A stretch of DNA of 32,000 nucleotides, from contig CAQYCU010000006.1 of assembly GCA_948919095.1 (NCBI GenBank), positions 13,944 through 45,943 of the forward strand, given 5' to 3'. The position numbers were made by a program, and so were the translations under genes. This document shows, one piece after another, positions 9,003-19,246 of the stretch (positions are counted from its first letter, which is position 1; every line of letters starts with the position of its first letter). Below the pieces are notes generated by a model. The model was given only the letters and a program-made list of their open reading frames with translations. It ran no database searches and was not told the DNA's origin. The stretch is from an uncultured Clostridia bacterium. Its GTDB lineage: Bacteria > Bacillota > Clostridia > TANB77 > CAG-508.

Positions 9003-9362
9003 TTTTGTAAATCTGTAAGCCGGGTTCTGTCGTGAATAGTCATTTATCTAGTATATATATTGCTATATATCTCTTGCCACCAATTTAAGGAGACGACGAG
9101 CAGTCTTAACCTCCTAGTCTCGGTGTTGCTCCAGATGGGGTTTACACGGCTAGAAATATTACTATTTCTACGGTGAGCTCTTACCTCGCCTTTTCATCCT
9201 TACAAAATTAACGCTAACGTTAATTTTGCGGTTATTTTCTGTTGCACTTTCCCTAAGGTTACCCTCGCTTGACGTTATCAAGCATCTTTGCTCTATGGGG
9301 CCCGGACTTTCCTCGTACGCATTCTTTCGAATTTGCTATACGCGACTATTTAATTTACAAAT
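9003..9362 (-). ncRNA. rnpB: RNase P RNA, bacterial class A-like
   Basis: Minus strand contains the universal 5' motif GAGGAAAGTCCGGGCCCC, internal GAGGGTAACCTTAGGGAAAGTGC, and the 3' motif ACAGAACCCGGCTTACAG. Terminal helix P1 is TTTGTAAAT / ATTTACAAA. Ends are approximate. Confidence 0.95.
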
Positions 9363-9402
9363 AAACTATTCTTATTATACAACATATTTTGGTAATAGTC
9401 AA

Positions 9403-10392
9403 TTAGTTATTTTCAAATTTAAGTTCTCTTGTCATTAGCTGCTTTCCTGCTTCTATTGGAGTTAATCCATTATATAGTACATTATACACTGCATTTACAA
9501 TAGGCATGTCGATGTTATATTTCTCTGATAATTTCTTTGCAATTTGAATATTATCTACACTTTCTATTGTCATACCAATTTCTTTTCTAGCTTCTTCTAT
9601 AGATAACCCTTTTCCTATAAGTCTTCCTGCTCTTCTATTTCTGCTTTCATCACTTGAACAAGTTAAAATTAAATCGCCAAGTCCTGAAAGTCCATAAAAT
9701 GTTTCAATATTTCCACCCATCTTAACTCCAAGTCGAGCAATTTCAGCTAGCCCTCTTGTAATTAAAGCAGATTGAGCATTTGTTCCTAAATTTAATTCTG
9801 TACATATTCCAGCACAAAATGCAATTATATTTTTTAGTGCTCCTCCTACTTCAACTCCGACAATGTCATGTGATTTATAAATTCTCATATACTCATTTGA
9901 TAAAAGAGTAGAAACTTCTTCAAGTATATCATCGTCTTTAGACGCTAAAATTACAGCTGTTGGAATTTTTTTAATTACTTCTGTTGCATAACTTGGTCCT
10001 GATAGAGCTCCAATTCTTGCGCTTGGTAATTCTTCTTTTATAACAGTATCAAGTGTTGATAATGTTGCATCTTCAAATCCTTTTGAGCAAATTATAATTG
10101 GCTTATTACCTACAAAATCTTTGTAAGTTTTAAAAGTATCTCTTGTAAATTTAGATGGTGTCACATGAAATATTATGTCGCTTTCGTTAACTATATATTC
10201 TATATCACATGAACATAACATAGTTGGATTTAGTTTTATATCTGGCATAAATGGTGATTTGTGTTCATCATTTATCATGTCTCTTTCTTTTTCGGAAAAT
10301 GACCATATACGAACGTCAGCCCCAGTATCTGCCAAATGATTGCCAATGGCAACTCCCCAACTTCCACTTCCTATTATTGCAATTTTACTCAT
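9403..10392 (-). CDS. gpsA: NAD(P)H-dependent glycerol-3-phosphate dehydrogenase
   Basis: MSKIAIIGSGSWGVAIGNHLADTGADVRIWS; SKGFEDATLSTLDTV; ALSGPSYATEV; VGVEVGGALKNIIAFCAGI; GLSGLGDLILTCSSDESRNRRAGRLIGKG. Confidence 0.97.
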   Translation of the reverse strand: MSKIAIIGSGSWGVAIGNHLADTGADVRIWSFSEKERDMINDEHKSPFMPDIKLNPTMLCSCDIEYIVNESDIIFHVTPSKFTRDTFKTYKDFVGNKPIIICSKGFEDATLSTLDTVIKEELPSARIGALSGPSYATEVIKKIPTAVILASKDDDILEEVSTLLSNEYMRIYKSHDIVGVEVGGALKNIIAFCAGICTELNLGTNAQSALITRGLAEIARLGVKMGGNIETFYGLSGLGDLILTCSSDESRNRRAGRLIGKGLSIEEARKEIGMTIESVDNIQIAKKLSEKYNIDMPIVNAVYNVLYNGLTPIEAGKQLMTRELKFENN

Positions 10393-10453
10393 TATTTTTT
10401 TAATTCCTTTCTCAAATACTTTCTTTTGTTTTTCAGGTATTAAATTACAAAAT

Positions 10454-11098
10454 TTATTTCTTAAAACTTAATTTATTCTCACTACCATTCATAATTCTTT
10501 TAATATTTGCTCTATGATTAAATATTACTATCACAGCCATAATTATACCAAATATTACATAACTAAATTTAGCGCTTTCTCCACCTGATATAAAAGTTTC
10601 ACTCATAAATAAGCACAATACTGGAAATAATACAGCTGCTGCAATTGAGCCTAATGATACCATTCTTGATAAAGCCATGCATACTAAAGCAAATACTAAA
10701 CAAGTAAGTCCAATTTTCCAGTTAATAATTAGTAAAACTCCAAGTGAAGTTGCAACTCCCTTGCCACCTCTAAATCCAAAGAAGGCTGGGAATGTATGAC
10801 CCATTACAACAAATATTCCTGCTGCTTCGACTAAATAAGCTTTTGTTCCTTCATCTGCCTTTGTCATTAGTCCAATAAGTAATGCAAATAATACTGCTAC
10901 AACGCCTTTTAAAATATCACAAATAAGTGTAATCGCTGCAACCTTAGCTCCAGCAGTTCTTAATACATTTGTACTCCCTGCATTTTTACTTCCTTTTTCT
11001 CTAACATCAAATCCCTTAAATTTTTTTGTAAAAATTACTGAAAAACTTATACTTCCAATTAAATATGCAACTAATGCTACTAAGACTATACTAATCAT
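10454..11098 (-). CDS. plsY: Glycerol-3-phosphate acyltransferase (PlsY)
   Basis: YLIGSISFSVIFTKKFKGFDVREKGSKNAGSTNVLRTAG; GHTFPAFFGFRGGKGVATSLG; FNHRANIKRIMNGSENK; adjacent to gpsA. Confidence 0.96.
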   Translation of the reverse strand: MISIVLVALVAYLIGSISFSVIFTKKFKGFDVREKGSKNAGSTNVLRTAGAKVAAITLICDILKGVVAVLFALLIGLMTKADEGTKAYLVEAAGIFVVMGHTFPAFFGFRGGKGVATSLGVLLIINWKIGLTCLVFALVCMALSRMVSLGSIAAAVLFPVLCLFMSETFISGGESAKFSYVIFGIIMAVIVIFNHRANIKRIMNGSENKLSFKK

Positions 11099-11109
11099 TT
11101 TTTCCTCCT

Positions 11110-12435
11110 TTATTCATCTTCGTTATCACTACGTTCTCTAACTAATACTCGTATTGGTGTTCCTTCAAAATTAAATTCTTGACGTAATTTATTTACTAAA
11201 TACCTTTCATATGAAAAATGAAATAATTTTTTGCTGTTTACAAATACTACAAATGTTGGTGGTTTTGTACTTACTTGTGTCATATAAAATATTTTTAGTC
11301 TGCGCCCCTTGTCTGTTGGCGGTTGTACCATTGATACAGCTTCAGCAAGTAATTCATTTAATGTTGATGTTGATATACGAATTGAATTATTTTCATTTAC
11401 TGTATTTATTAAGTTAAATATTTTGTCTACACGTTGACCAGTTTTTGCTGATATAAATAATATTGGCGCATATCGTAAATATGCAAGTTTTGTGTAAACT
11501 TCGTTTTTATAATTCTCTAAGGTACCATTTTCTTTTTCAATTTCGTCCCATTTATTTATTACAATTATTACACCTTTTCCTGCTTCATGTGCTTCTCCTG
11601 CTATTTTAGTATCTTGCTCAGTTACTCCTTCTTTTGCATCAATTATAAGCAAGCAAACGTCGCTTCTTTCAATAGCTAAACTTGTACGAAGAATACTGTA
11701 TTTTTCAATTTTTTCTTCTATCTTACTATGGCGTCTAAGTCCAGCCGTGTCAATAAATACATATTTTCCATATTTGTTTTCATATTTAGAATCTATTGCA
11801 TCTCTTGTTGTTCCAGCAATATCGCTAACAATTAATCTATCTTCTCCAAGAATTTTATTTATTAATGAAGATTTTCCTACATTAGGTTTCCCGATTACTG
11901 CTACTTTAATGAATTCTTCATTATCTTCTTCGCAATTTTCTGGAAGTTTTTCATAAATGACATCTAGTAAATCACCTATTCCCTTGCAGTTTGCTGAAGA
12001 TATAGGCTGTGGCTCTCCAATTCCAAGGTTGTAAAATTCATATATATCATTTTGGAATTTTTGAAAATCATCTACTTTATTACAAACAAGTATTACTTCT
12101 TTTTTTGCCTTTTTAAGCATTAGTGCAATATCTCTATCGGTGCTGGTAATTCCCGTTTTTACGTCTGTCATAAATAATATTATATCAGCCATTTCTATTG
12201 CAAGTTCTGCTTGAATTTTCATCTGTTTTGCAATTACGTCTTCGCTCTTTTCTTCAATACCACCTGTGTCAATTAATGTAAAATGTTTACCTCTCCAGTT
12301 GCTTTCACCATATATTCTGTCTCTTGTAACACCTGGTGTGTCTTCCACTATTGCTCTTCTTTCTCCAATCAAATAATTGAAAAATGTTGATTTACCAACG
12401 TTTGGTTTTCCAATTATTGCAACTACTGGTTTCAT
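11110..12435 (-). CDS. der: Ribosome biogenesis GTPase Der (EngA)
   Basis: Two G domains: VAIIGKPNVGKSTFFNYLIGERRAIVEDTPGVTRDR and VAVIGKPNVGKSSLINKILGEDRLIVSDIAGTTRDA. C-terminal KH-like region GRRLKIFYMTQVSTKPPTFVVFVN. Confidence 0.97.
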   Translation of the reverse strand: MKPVVAIIGKPNVGKSTFFNYLIGERRAIVEDTPGVTRDRIYGESNWRGKHFTLIDTGGIEEKSEDVIAKQMKIQAELAIEMADIILFMTDVKTGITSTDRDIALMLKKAKKEVILVCNKVDDFQKFQNDIYEFYNLGIGEPQPISSANCKGIGDLLDVIYEKLPENCEEDNEEFIKVAVIGKPNVGKSSLINKILGEDRLIVSDIAGTTRDAIDSKYENKYGKYVFIDTAGLRRHSKIEEKIEKYSILRTSLAIERSDVCLLIIDAKEGVTEQDTKIAGEAHEAGKGVIIVINKWDEIEKENGTLENYKNEVYTKLAYLRYAPILFISAKTGQRVDKIFNLINTVNENNSIRISTSTLNELLAEAVSMVQPPTDKGRRLKIFYMTQVSTKPPTFVVFVNSKKLFHFSYERYLVNKLRQEFNFEGTPIRVLVRERSDNEDE

Positions 12436-14114
12436 TAGCTTTTCCTTTCCAAATTTTTTTTATTATAAACTGCACTTCCTATCAGTCCAATTATTCCTGC
12501 TAAAGAAATTATGTATCCTGCTTTTTCAAATATTGTTCCTTCATATTTTACTTCAAGTATTCCTGAACTGTCAACTTTAACTGCTAACATTCCATTTTCT
12601 GATTCATAATTTTCTATATTTTTGCCATTTAAAGTTGTTATATATCCTAAGTAATATAGATATGGTAATTCTAATTCTGCGTTTCCTTTGATTTCGATTT
12701 CCATTTTATCATAAAGTTTATTTTTATTTTCATTTTTTATTATTGCATTTCCCTCACTTATATATGTTCTGTTTTCTCTTTCCATTAACCAGTCACGTAC
12801 ACGGTATGCTTTTAATGGCATATATTCTCTGTTAATATTATACACACCAACTTTGTCAAATTCACCTAACAAATCTTCAAATTTTTCTTTTTCATATGGC
12901 TGCTTTATAAATTTATTTGAAATTTGAAATCCTGTACCTATAAATATTAATGCAATTACAAGTGCAACACCCCTAACTTTATTTTTGCATAAATTCTGTG
13001 TCAGTACATATGCATTAATACCACATATAATTGAAATAAACAGTATGAAAAATCCCTGTATTCTCCATGCAAATTGTATTATTGTTAAAAAGTGAGGCAT
13101 GTATTTCCATGGAAATAATTTTGTACACATTATTAAAGATACTATGCTTAAAATTAAACATATATTATACAATTTTTTATATTTGATATCTATTTTCCTA
13201 TATGTAATTATTGTAATTAACAATAAAAAAATAATTGGAATTCCAAATGAAAAATCCATTTTATTTTGAGGTGCTGGAATTAAACTCATCCATTCTATTG
13301 GTGAATTTGTGTTTTCCCATACATCTTCTTTCATTGCATGCATAGATTTTGCATCAAATATGGCATAATCTGCCACTAATTTATGTTCCATTAGTGGAAT
13401 TGTATATACTGAAGTTATTGCTAATATACATAATATGTCTATTAAAATATTTTTCCAAAAGAAGCTATTTTTTATTTTAGAAATATTACACAATAATAAA
13501 ACTATTGTAAATATTACAGTATATATTGTTGTGATTGTGTGTGTGAATATTAAAAGTGACGCTCCTAGAATTAATATTGCATTTCCCTTTTTGTTTCCAT
13601 TTATTAAGTAATATAGTCCATTAAAAACTACTGGTATAAATATAAATGCTACATATTCTCCTAATGCGCATCTTTCATATACATTTGTAATTTTGTATGG
13701 TGCTGACATATATATAAGTGCAGAAACTAAACTTATTAGTTTGCTCTTTGTTAAATTATGTACAAACCAATACATTGTTATTCCAGAAAATATAACACTT
13801 GAAACTGCAAATATTTTTATAGCTAAGTCTATTGAATTTGTTAAATATGAAATCATTATAGGAATATAGGTTGTAAATATACCATAAAAAATATTTACCC
13901 CATAACCAAATCCATTCATGTGCTTATAACTAATTAATGGTGGAAATATTCCATCTGCAATGCATTCTTTAACACTAGCTATTCTTAGTGTATGTAATAA
14001 ATATTCACCCGTTTTTGCTATATTTAATGTAAAAAATGGCAAGCAAATAATTATTCCAAGTATTATAATTACAACATAAGGACTAAATTTGCTTTCCTTT
14101 ATCTTACTAAACAT
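12435..14114 (-). CDS. Polytopic membrane protein, GT-C/YfhO-like or PTPS-related family
   Basis: About 12 predicted TM helices with N-terminal PFFTLNIAKTGEYLLHTLRIASVKECIADGIFPPLISYKHMNGFGYGVNIFYG and a C-terminal beta-rich domain. Confidence 0.65.
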   Translation of the reverse strand: MFSKIKESKFSPYVVIIILGIIICLPFFTLNIAKTGEYLLHTLRIASVKECIADGIFPPLISYKHMNGFGYGVNIFYGIFTTYIPIMISYLTNSIDLAIKIFAVSSVIFSGITMYWFVHNLTKSKLISLVSALIYMSAPYKITNVYERCALGEYVAFIFIPVVFNGLYYLINGNKKGNAILILGASLLIFTHTITTIYTVIFTIVLLLCNISKIKNSFFWKNILIDILCILAITSVYTIPLMEHKLVADYAIFDAKSMHAMKEDVWENTNSPIEWMSLIPAPQNKMDFSFGIPIIFLLLITIITYRKIDIKYKKLYNICLILSIVSLIMCTKLFPWKYMPHFLTIIQFAWRIQGFFILFISIICGINAYVLTQNLCKNKVRGVALVIALIFIGTGFQISNKFIKQPYEKEKFEDLLGEFDKVGVYNINREYMPLKAYRVRDWLMERENRTYISEGNAIIKNENKNKLYDKMEIEIKGNAELELPYLYYLGYITTLNGKNIENYESENGMLAVKVDSSGILEVKYEGTIFEKAGYIISLAGIIGLIGSAVYNKKNLERKS

Positions 14115-14139
14115 TCTTCCTCCGTGTATTATATTACTA

Positions 14140-14292
14140 TTAAATTACGTTTTGAGTTAAAGCTATGTTTGTTTCTTTAAAATATTGTACTGTATCTTCT
14201 ATTTCATTTTTTAATGATTCTCTTTGTACTAATTTTGTTGTTATACTCCACAAGCATGCAATTATTAATACAAATAAAAGAACTTTTTTCCA
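14140..14292 (-). CDS. Small 50-aa single-TM protein, not in the supplied ORF track
   Basis: Hand translation: MEKVLLFVLIIACLWSITTKLVQRESLKNEIEDTVQYFKETNIALTQNVI*, with AGGA 5 nt upstream of the ATG. Sits tightly upstream of the 12435..14114 gene. Confidence 0.5.
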   Translation of the reverse strand, partial: WKKVLLFVLIIACLWSITTKLVQRESLKNEIEDTVQYFKETNIALTQNVI

Positions 14293-14430
14293 TATCTTTC
14301 CTAACATAATATTTCTCCTTTTACAACTTTAATTATAGTTAAAAAGTATTAATTTGTCAATAAAATAATAAACAAACTTAATAAATTACTAAATTTGCAT
14401 TTATGTAATTTATTAAGTTTTTATAAAAGT

Positions 14431-17400
14431 TTATATTTTTTCTAATTTTAAATTTACATTTTCTTTATTTAATGTAAACTCTGTATAGTCTGGTTGTTTT
14501 TCATTATATATGATTTCTTTAGCAAGCGTTTCGTGTTTGATAAAGTCCTCATTCTTTTTAACAATTTCGATAATTTTATCATTATCAGCAATGTAAATTT
14601 TAATATTATCCATTACTTCATATCCATTGTCTTTTCTAGTTGTTTGGATTTTCGATAATATCTCACGAACAAATCCTTCCTCAATAAGTTCAGGTGTTAA
14701 AAGTGTATCAAGTACAACTCCTATCTCGCCTTCTCCAGCAAAAGTAAATCCTTTTTTTCCTTGCATTGTAACTAAAAGGTTACTTGCATCTAAAGTAATT
14801 TCAGTGTCATCAATAAATATTGTTTCATATTTTCCATTTTTTACTTTGTTAGCTAAGTCTACTTGTGATTTCTTTGCAATTTCTTCTTTAATCTTTGGAA
14901 TTAATTTACCATATTCTTTTCCTAACACTGGTAAGTTTGGTTTAATTTCAAAGTTTACGAATTCACTCATATCAGCACCTAGCACTATATCCTTAATATT
15001 AAGTTCTTCTTTTATAATGTTTTCATAATAGTCTGGTAAAGTGCTTACTGATATTAGCATTTCTGAAAGTGGTTGTCTATTCTTAATATTTGATATATTT
15101 CTAGCGTTTCTTCCAAGCTTAACAATCTTATATGCAAGGTCCATTTCCTTTTCAAGTTTACTGTCAATTGCTTTTTTGTTAACTTCTGGCCATATACATA
15201 AATGAACACTTTCTATTGCTTTTTCGTCAAGTCCAACAACTAAATTTTGATAGATTTCTTCTGCTATAAATGGAACAAATGGTGCAACAACTTTGCTTAA
15301 TATTACTAATACATTATAAAGTGTTACATAAGCTCCTATTTTGTCATCTGTTAAATCTTGAGCCCAAAATCTTTCTCTATTTCGACGTACATACCAGTTT
15401 GATAATTCATCAGTAAATTCATCTATGGCGTTTGCAGAACCTGTAATATCATAAGCATCTAGCCCTGATTGTACTTTTTCAATTAATGAATTTAGTTTAG
15501 AAATTATCCATTTATCCATTATATTTTCAGACTTAAAGTCTGTATATTTTAATGGATTGAATTGGTCAATTTCTGCATATAGTACATAGAAAGAATATAC
15601 ATTCCATAATGTGCTTAAGAATCCTCTTTGGCTTTCTTGTACATTTTCAAGTGATAATCTTGATGATATCCAAGGTGCTGAACCTGTATAGAAATACCAT
15701 CTTGTAGCATCTGCTCCTACTGTATCTAATAGATATAATGGGTCAACTCCGTTTTTCTTTGATTTAGACATTTTTTGGCCTTTTCCATCAAGAACATGTC
15801 CTAAAACTATACAGTTTTCAAATGGAGTTTTGTCAAATAAAGCTGTTCCTATTGCTGTTAATGTATAGAACCATCCTCTTGTTTGGTCAATAGCTTCTGA
15901 TATAAATTGTGCTGGGAAGTTTTCTTTAAATATATCTTCATTTTCAAATGGGTAATGCCATTGTGCAAAAGGCATTGAACCTGAGTCAAACCAACAGTCA
16001 ATAACTTCTTTTGCTCTTACCATTTTCTTACCACATTTAGGACATTTTAAGTGAACATCATCAATAAATGGCTTATGTAATTCAACTTCTTCTGGTGCAT
16101 TTATTGCTTTTTCTTTAAGTTCCTCAATACTACCAATGCATTCTTGATTACCACATTTTTCGTCTTCACAAGTCCAAATTGGAAGTGGTGTTCCCCAATA
16201 TCTATCTCTTGATATGCCCCAGTCAATTACATTTTCTAAGAAGTTTCCAAAACGTCCTGTTTTAATTGTTTCAGGATACCAGTTTACTTTATTATTGTTT
16301 GCAACTAAGTTGTCTCTTAGTTTGCTCATTGCAACAAACCAGCTTTCCTTTGGATAATAAAGTAATGGTGTGTCGCATCTCCAGCAATGTGGATATGAGT
16401 GTAAATGTTTTTCTTTATGGAATAATTTATTATTTTCTTGTAGCCATTTACAAATATCTTCGTTGCAGTCTCTAACAAATCTACCCTTCCAAGGTTCAAC
16501 TTCGTCTACAAATTTTCCTTCTTTGTCAACTAAATTTACAAATGCTATTCCATTTTTTTGACAAACTAAACTATCATCTTCACCATAAGCTGGTGCAATA
16601 TGAACTATACCTGTCCCCTCTGTTAAAACAACGTAATCTCCATGTACTACTTCATATGCTTTTCCTTCAACTTTAGCAAATGGCATTAGTGGTTCATATT
16701 TTAACCCTAATAGTTCTTCTCCTTTATATGTTTTAACTATCTCGTATTCTTTATCTTTTAAAACAGTCTCTATTAAATCTTTTGCTATAATGTAAGTTTC
16801 ATATTTTGGAGTTTCTTCATCTCCAATATTTACTTTTACGTCAGAATATTCATATTTTTTATTAACGCAAAGTGCTAAGTTTGATGGTAGTGTCCAAGGT
16901 GTTGTTGTCCAAGCAAGTACAAATCTTTCATCATCTTTTAATTTGAATTTTGCAATACAGGTTAAATCTTTTACGTCTTTATATCCTTGTGCAACCTCAT
17001 GTGAAGATAAAGCAGTTCCACAACGTGGACAATAAGGCATTACTTTATGTCCTTGATATAATAATCCTTTTTGCCACAATTCTTTTAAAGCCCACCATTC
17101 TGATTCAATGTATTTGTTATCATAAGTTATGTATGGTTCATCCATATCAACCCAATATGCAACTTTGTTTGTCATCTCTTCCCAAATGTTAACATATTTA
17201 AATACGCTTTCTTTACATTCCTTTGTGAAAGCTTCTACTCCATAATCTTCAATTTGTTGTTTTCCTGATATTCCAAGTTTCTTTTCAATTTCAAGTTCAA
17301 CAGGTAGTCCATGTGTATCCCACCCAGCTTTTCTTATTACTCTGTAACCTTGCATTACTTTATATCTAGGAATAATATCCTTTATAACTCTTGTTATAAT

Positions 17401-17577
17401 ATGCCCTGCATGTGGCATTCCGTTTGCTGTAGGTGGTCCATCATAAAATGTAAAATGTCTTTTTCCTTTATTTAAGTTAAGGTTCTTTTTAATTATGTCT
17501 TTTTGCTCCCACTTCTTAGCAACTTTGTGTTCCATACCGACAAAGCCTTCATTGTCTAGCTCAACTTTTTTATACAT
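14431..17577 (-). CDS. ileS: Isoleucyl-tRNA synthetase
   Basis: [37 protein letters not shown]; [18 protein letters not shown]; [15 protein letters not shown]; [12 protein letters not shown]. Confidence 0.98.
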   Translation of the reverse strand: MYKKVELDNEGFVGMEHKVAKKWEQKDIIKKNLNLNKGKRHFTFYDGPPTANGMPHAGHIITRVIKDIIPRYKVMQGYRVIRKAGWDTHGLPVELEIEKKLGISGKQQIEDYGVEAFTKECKESVFKYVNIWEEMTNKVAYWVDMDEPYITYDNKYIESEWWALKELWQKGLLYQGHKVMPYCPRCGTALSSHEVAQGYKDVKDLTCIAKFKLKDDERFVLAWTTTPWTLPSNLALCVNKKYEYSDVKVNIGDEETPKYETYIIAKDLIETVLKDKEYEIVKTYKGEELLGLKYEPLMPFAKVEGKAYEVVHGDYVVLTEGTGIVHIAPAYGEDDSLVCQKNGIAFVNLVDKEGKFVDEVEPWKGRFVRDCNEDICKWLQENNKLFHKEKHLHSYPHCWRCDTPLLYYPKESWFVAMSKLRDNLVANNNKVNWYPETIKTGRFGNFLENVIDWGISRDRYWGTPLPIWTCEDEKCGNQECIGSIEELKEKAINAPEEVELHKPFIDDVHLKCPKCGKKMVRAKEVIDCWFDSGSMPFAQWHYPFENEDIFKENFPAQFISEAIDQTRGWFYTLTAIGTALFDKTPFENCIVLGHVLDGKGQKMSKSKKNGVDPLYLLDTVGADATRWYFYTGSAPWISSRLSLENVQESQRGFLSTLWNVYSFYVLYAEIDQFNPLKYTDFKSENIMDKWIISKLNSLIEKVQSGLDAYDITGSANAIDEFTDELSNWYVRRNRERFWAQDLTDDKIGAYVTLYNVLVILSKVVAPFVPFIAEEIYQNLVVGLDEKAIESVHLCIWPEVNKKAIDSKLEKEMDLAYKIVKLGRNARNISNIKNRQPLSEMLISVSTLPDYYENIIKEELNIKDIVLGADMSEFVNFEIKPNLPVLGKEYGKLIPKIKEEIAKKSQVDLANKVKNGKYETIFIDDTEITLDASNLLVTMQGKKGFTFAGEGEIGVVLDTLLTPELIEEGFVREILSKIQTTRKDNGYEVMDNIKIYIADNDKIIEIVKKNEDFIKHETLAKEIIYNEKQPDYTEFTLNKENVNLKLEKI

Positions 17578-17756
17578 AATATTTCCCCCTTCTTTATAAT
17601 TTTGCCATTGCTACCACATAATTATTTGTAAATACAACAGCATTTTGTATATTGTAAAAAATGTTTTCCCTACAACATAATATGTTTATTATTATACATC
17701 TTTAGAGGCTTCGTAGTCAAGATAAAATTTATAGTTTATTAATTTTTTTCACCTGT

Positions 17757-17791
17757 AAAAACGTAATATACTATTATGTATATTACGTTTT
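17757..17791 (-). terminator. Intrinsic terminator after the MFS gene
   Basis: AAAACGTAATATAC-TATTAT-GTATATTACGTTTT, 14-bp perfect stem, with TTTTTACA following on the minus strand. Confidence 0.7.
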
Positions 17792-17798
17792 GTATATT

Positions 17799-19082
17799 CT
17801 AAAATTCTAAATCCTCTTTTTTATACTGTTCTGGTTTTAAACCAAATCGTGTTCTCATATAATCTAAAACAATTATCATGCATGCTAGTGACAATAATCC
17901 AACTACTAAAAAGGCATTTTTAACATTTATTACATTTAGTAATAGCCCTCCTAAAATTGAAAATATACTTGCTGCCACTCCTCCAATAAATTCATATGAG
18001 AATGTTATCTTATTTCTTATATCTTCTTTTGTAAAATTCTTTAAATATTTTGCTTCTAATATATACCATATTGATACATTTATTTTTTGAATGGCATATA
18101 GGCTTAATACAAGTGGTATAATTGCTCTACCATTATATAATGAAGTACTAACTCCAATTATTATGCAAGCTCCTATATATAGTAATGAAATAAAAGTTAG
18201 TGTTCTATTTTTAAATTTTCTTTCTATTGCTCCTTTTAATGAAAGTGAAATTCCTCCAATTAAAGTGAGCACTGCAAATATTACTGAAAATTCTCCTTCT
18301 GGTATTCCTATATTTATAAGTAAGTCACTATTATAAGTATCTATAATTTCTATTGTACTATAAAGAACTATTTGAAATAATATAAATGCTTTCATTCTTC
18401 TAGATTTTAATATAAATTTAAAAGAACTTTTTAAATCATTTCCATACTTTTTTAATGTGGTGGTAATATCAATTTTTTCCTTTGGGGTTCTTTTTACTGG
18501 ATATATATCTTTAAATTTGAATGATAAAATTGTTGAAATTATAATAAATCCTAAACATATAAATATAGGTATGTAGTTATTTATTACAAATAAATATCCA
18601 GAAACTAATGATGCTATTCCGTCTAATATATAATACCAGCTTCCTCCTTTTGCATCTAATTTAGAATAAAGTCCCTCTCCTCCTCTTGTAGATACCGAAT
18701 CATATAGCAAGTTAGGTTCTGCAATTGTCTTCATATCATATCCTAACGAAAAGACCAAATTTGCTAACATAATACTAGGAACTCCTGGAAGAAGTACTAA
18801 AATTAATATGTATATAATAAGTAAAACGTTTCCTAATATGATACTCTTTCTTTTTCCTATAAAGTCAGTAATTGCAACTGCTGGAATTTGCATTATAATT
18901 CTGAATAATAAATAGAATCCATTTATTATTAATATTTCTGGTGCTGTTACCTTTTTAGTAATTGTACAAAATAGAAATTCTATTGAATAAAAGAATAGTA
19001 AATCCCATGAGAACATTTTATATATTGGATATAATTTTGCATTATTTCTTCTTATTTTATTTAATTCTGCTTTGTTTTCCAT
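17799..19082 (-). CDS. Major facilitator superfamily transporter
   Basis: 12-TM pattern with the MFS loop motif DFIGKRKSIILGNVLLIIY. Confidence 0.85.
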   Translation of the reverse strand: MENKAELNKIRRNNAKLYPIYKMFSWDLLFFYSIEFLFCTITKKVTAPEILIINGFYLLFRIIMQIPAVAITDFIGKRKSIILGNVLLIIYILILVLLPGVPSIMLANLVFSLGYDMKTIAEPNLLYDSVSTRGGEGLYSKLDAKGGSWYYILDGIASLVSGYLFVINNYIPIFICLGFIIISTILSFKFKDIYPVKRTPKEKIDITTTLKKYGNDLKSSFKFILKSRRMKAFILFQIVLYSTIEIIDTYNSDLLINIGIPEGEFSVIFAVLTLIGGISLSLKGAIERKFKNRTLTFISLLYIGACIIIGVSTSLYNGRAIIPLVLSLYAIQKINVSIWYILEAKYLKNFTKEDIRNKITFSYEFIGGVAASIFSILGGLLLNVINVKNAFLVVGLLSLACMIIVLDYMRTRFGLKPEQYKKEDLEF

Positions 19083-19246
19083 TATTAAATTTTCCTTCGT
19101 TTATTTTTTATAATTTTATCATATATTGTCTTTATTTGTAAATATATTTTATTACTAGTTTAGAATTTCTATTTTATTTTTAATTTTATGAATAATTCAT
19201 ATTCTACTACTTTTTTCATATACTTGTTTAGAAAGGATTATAATTT

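Noticed and set aside
9104-9240. Palindrome ATTAACG-TTAGCGTTAAT as a protein-binding site
   Set aside because: It lies inside rnpB and is best explained as a helix of RNase P RNA.
9226-9438. 71-aa plus-strand ORF
   Set aside because: It overlaps RNase P RNA on the opposite strand; the sequence is explained by rnpB.
17578-17756. T-box riboswitch upstream of ileS
   Set aside because: No AGGGTGGNACCGCG-like T-box sequence or antiterminator is visible on the minus strand.
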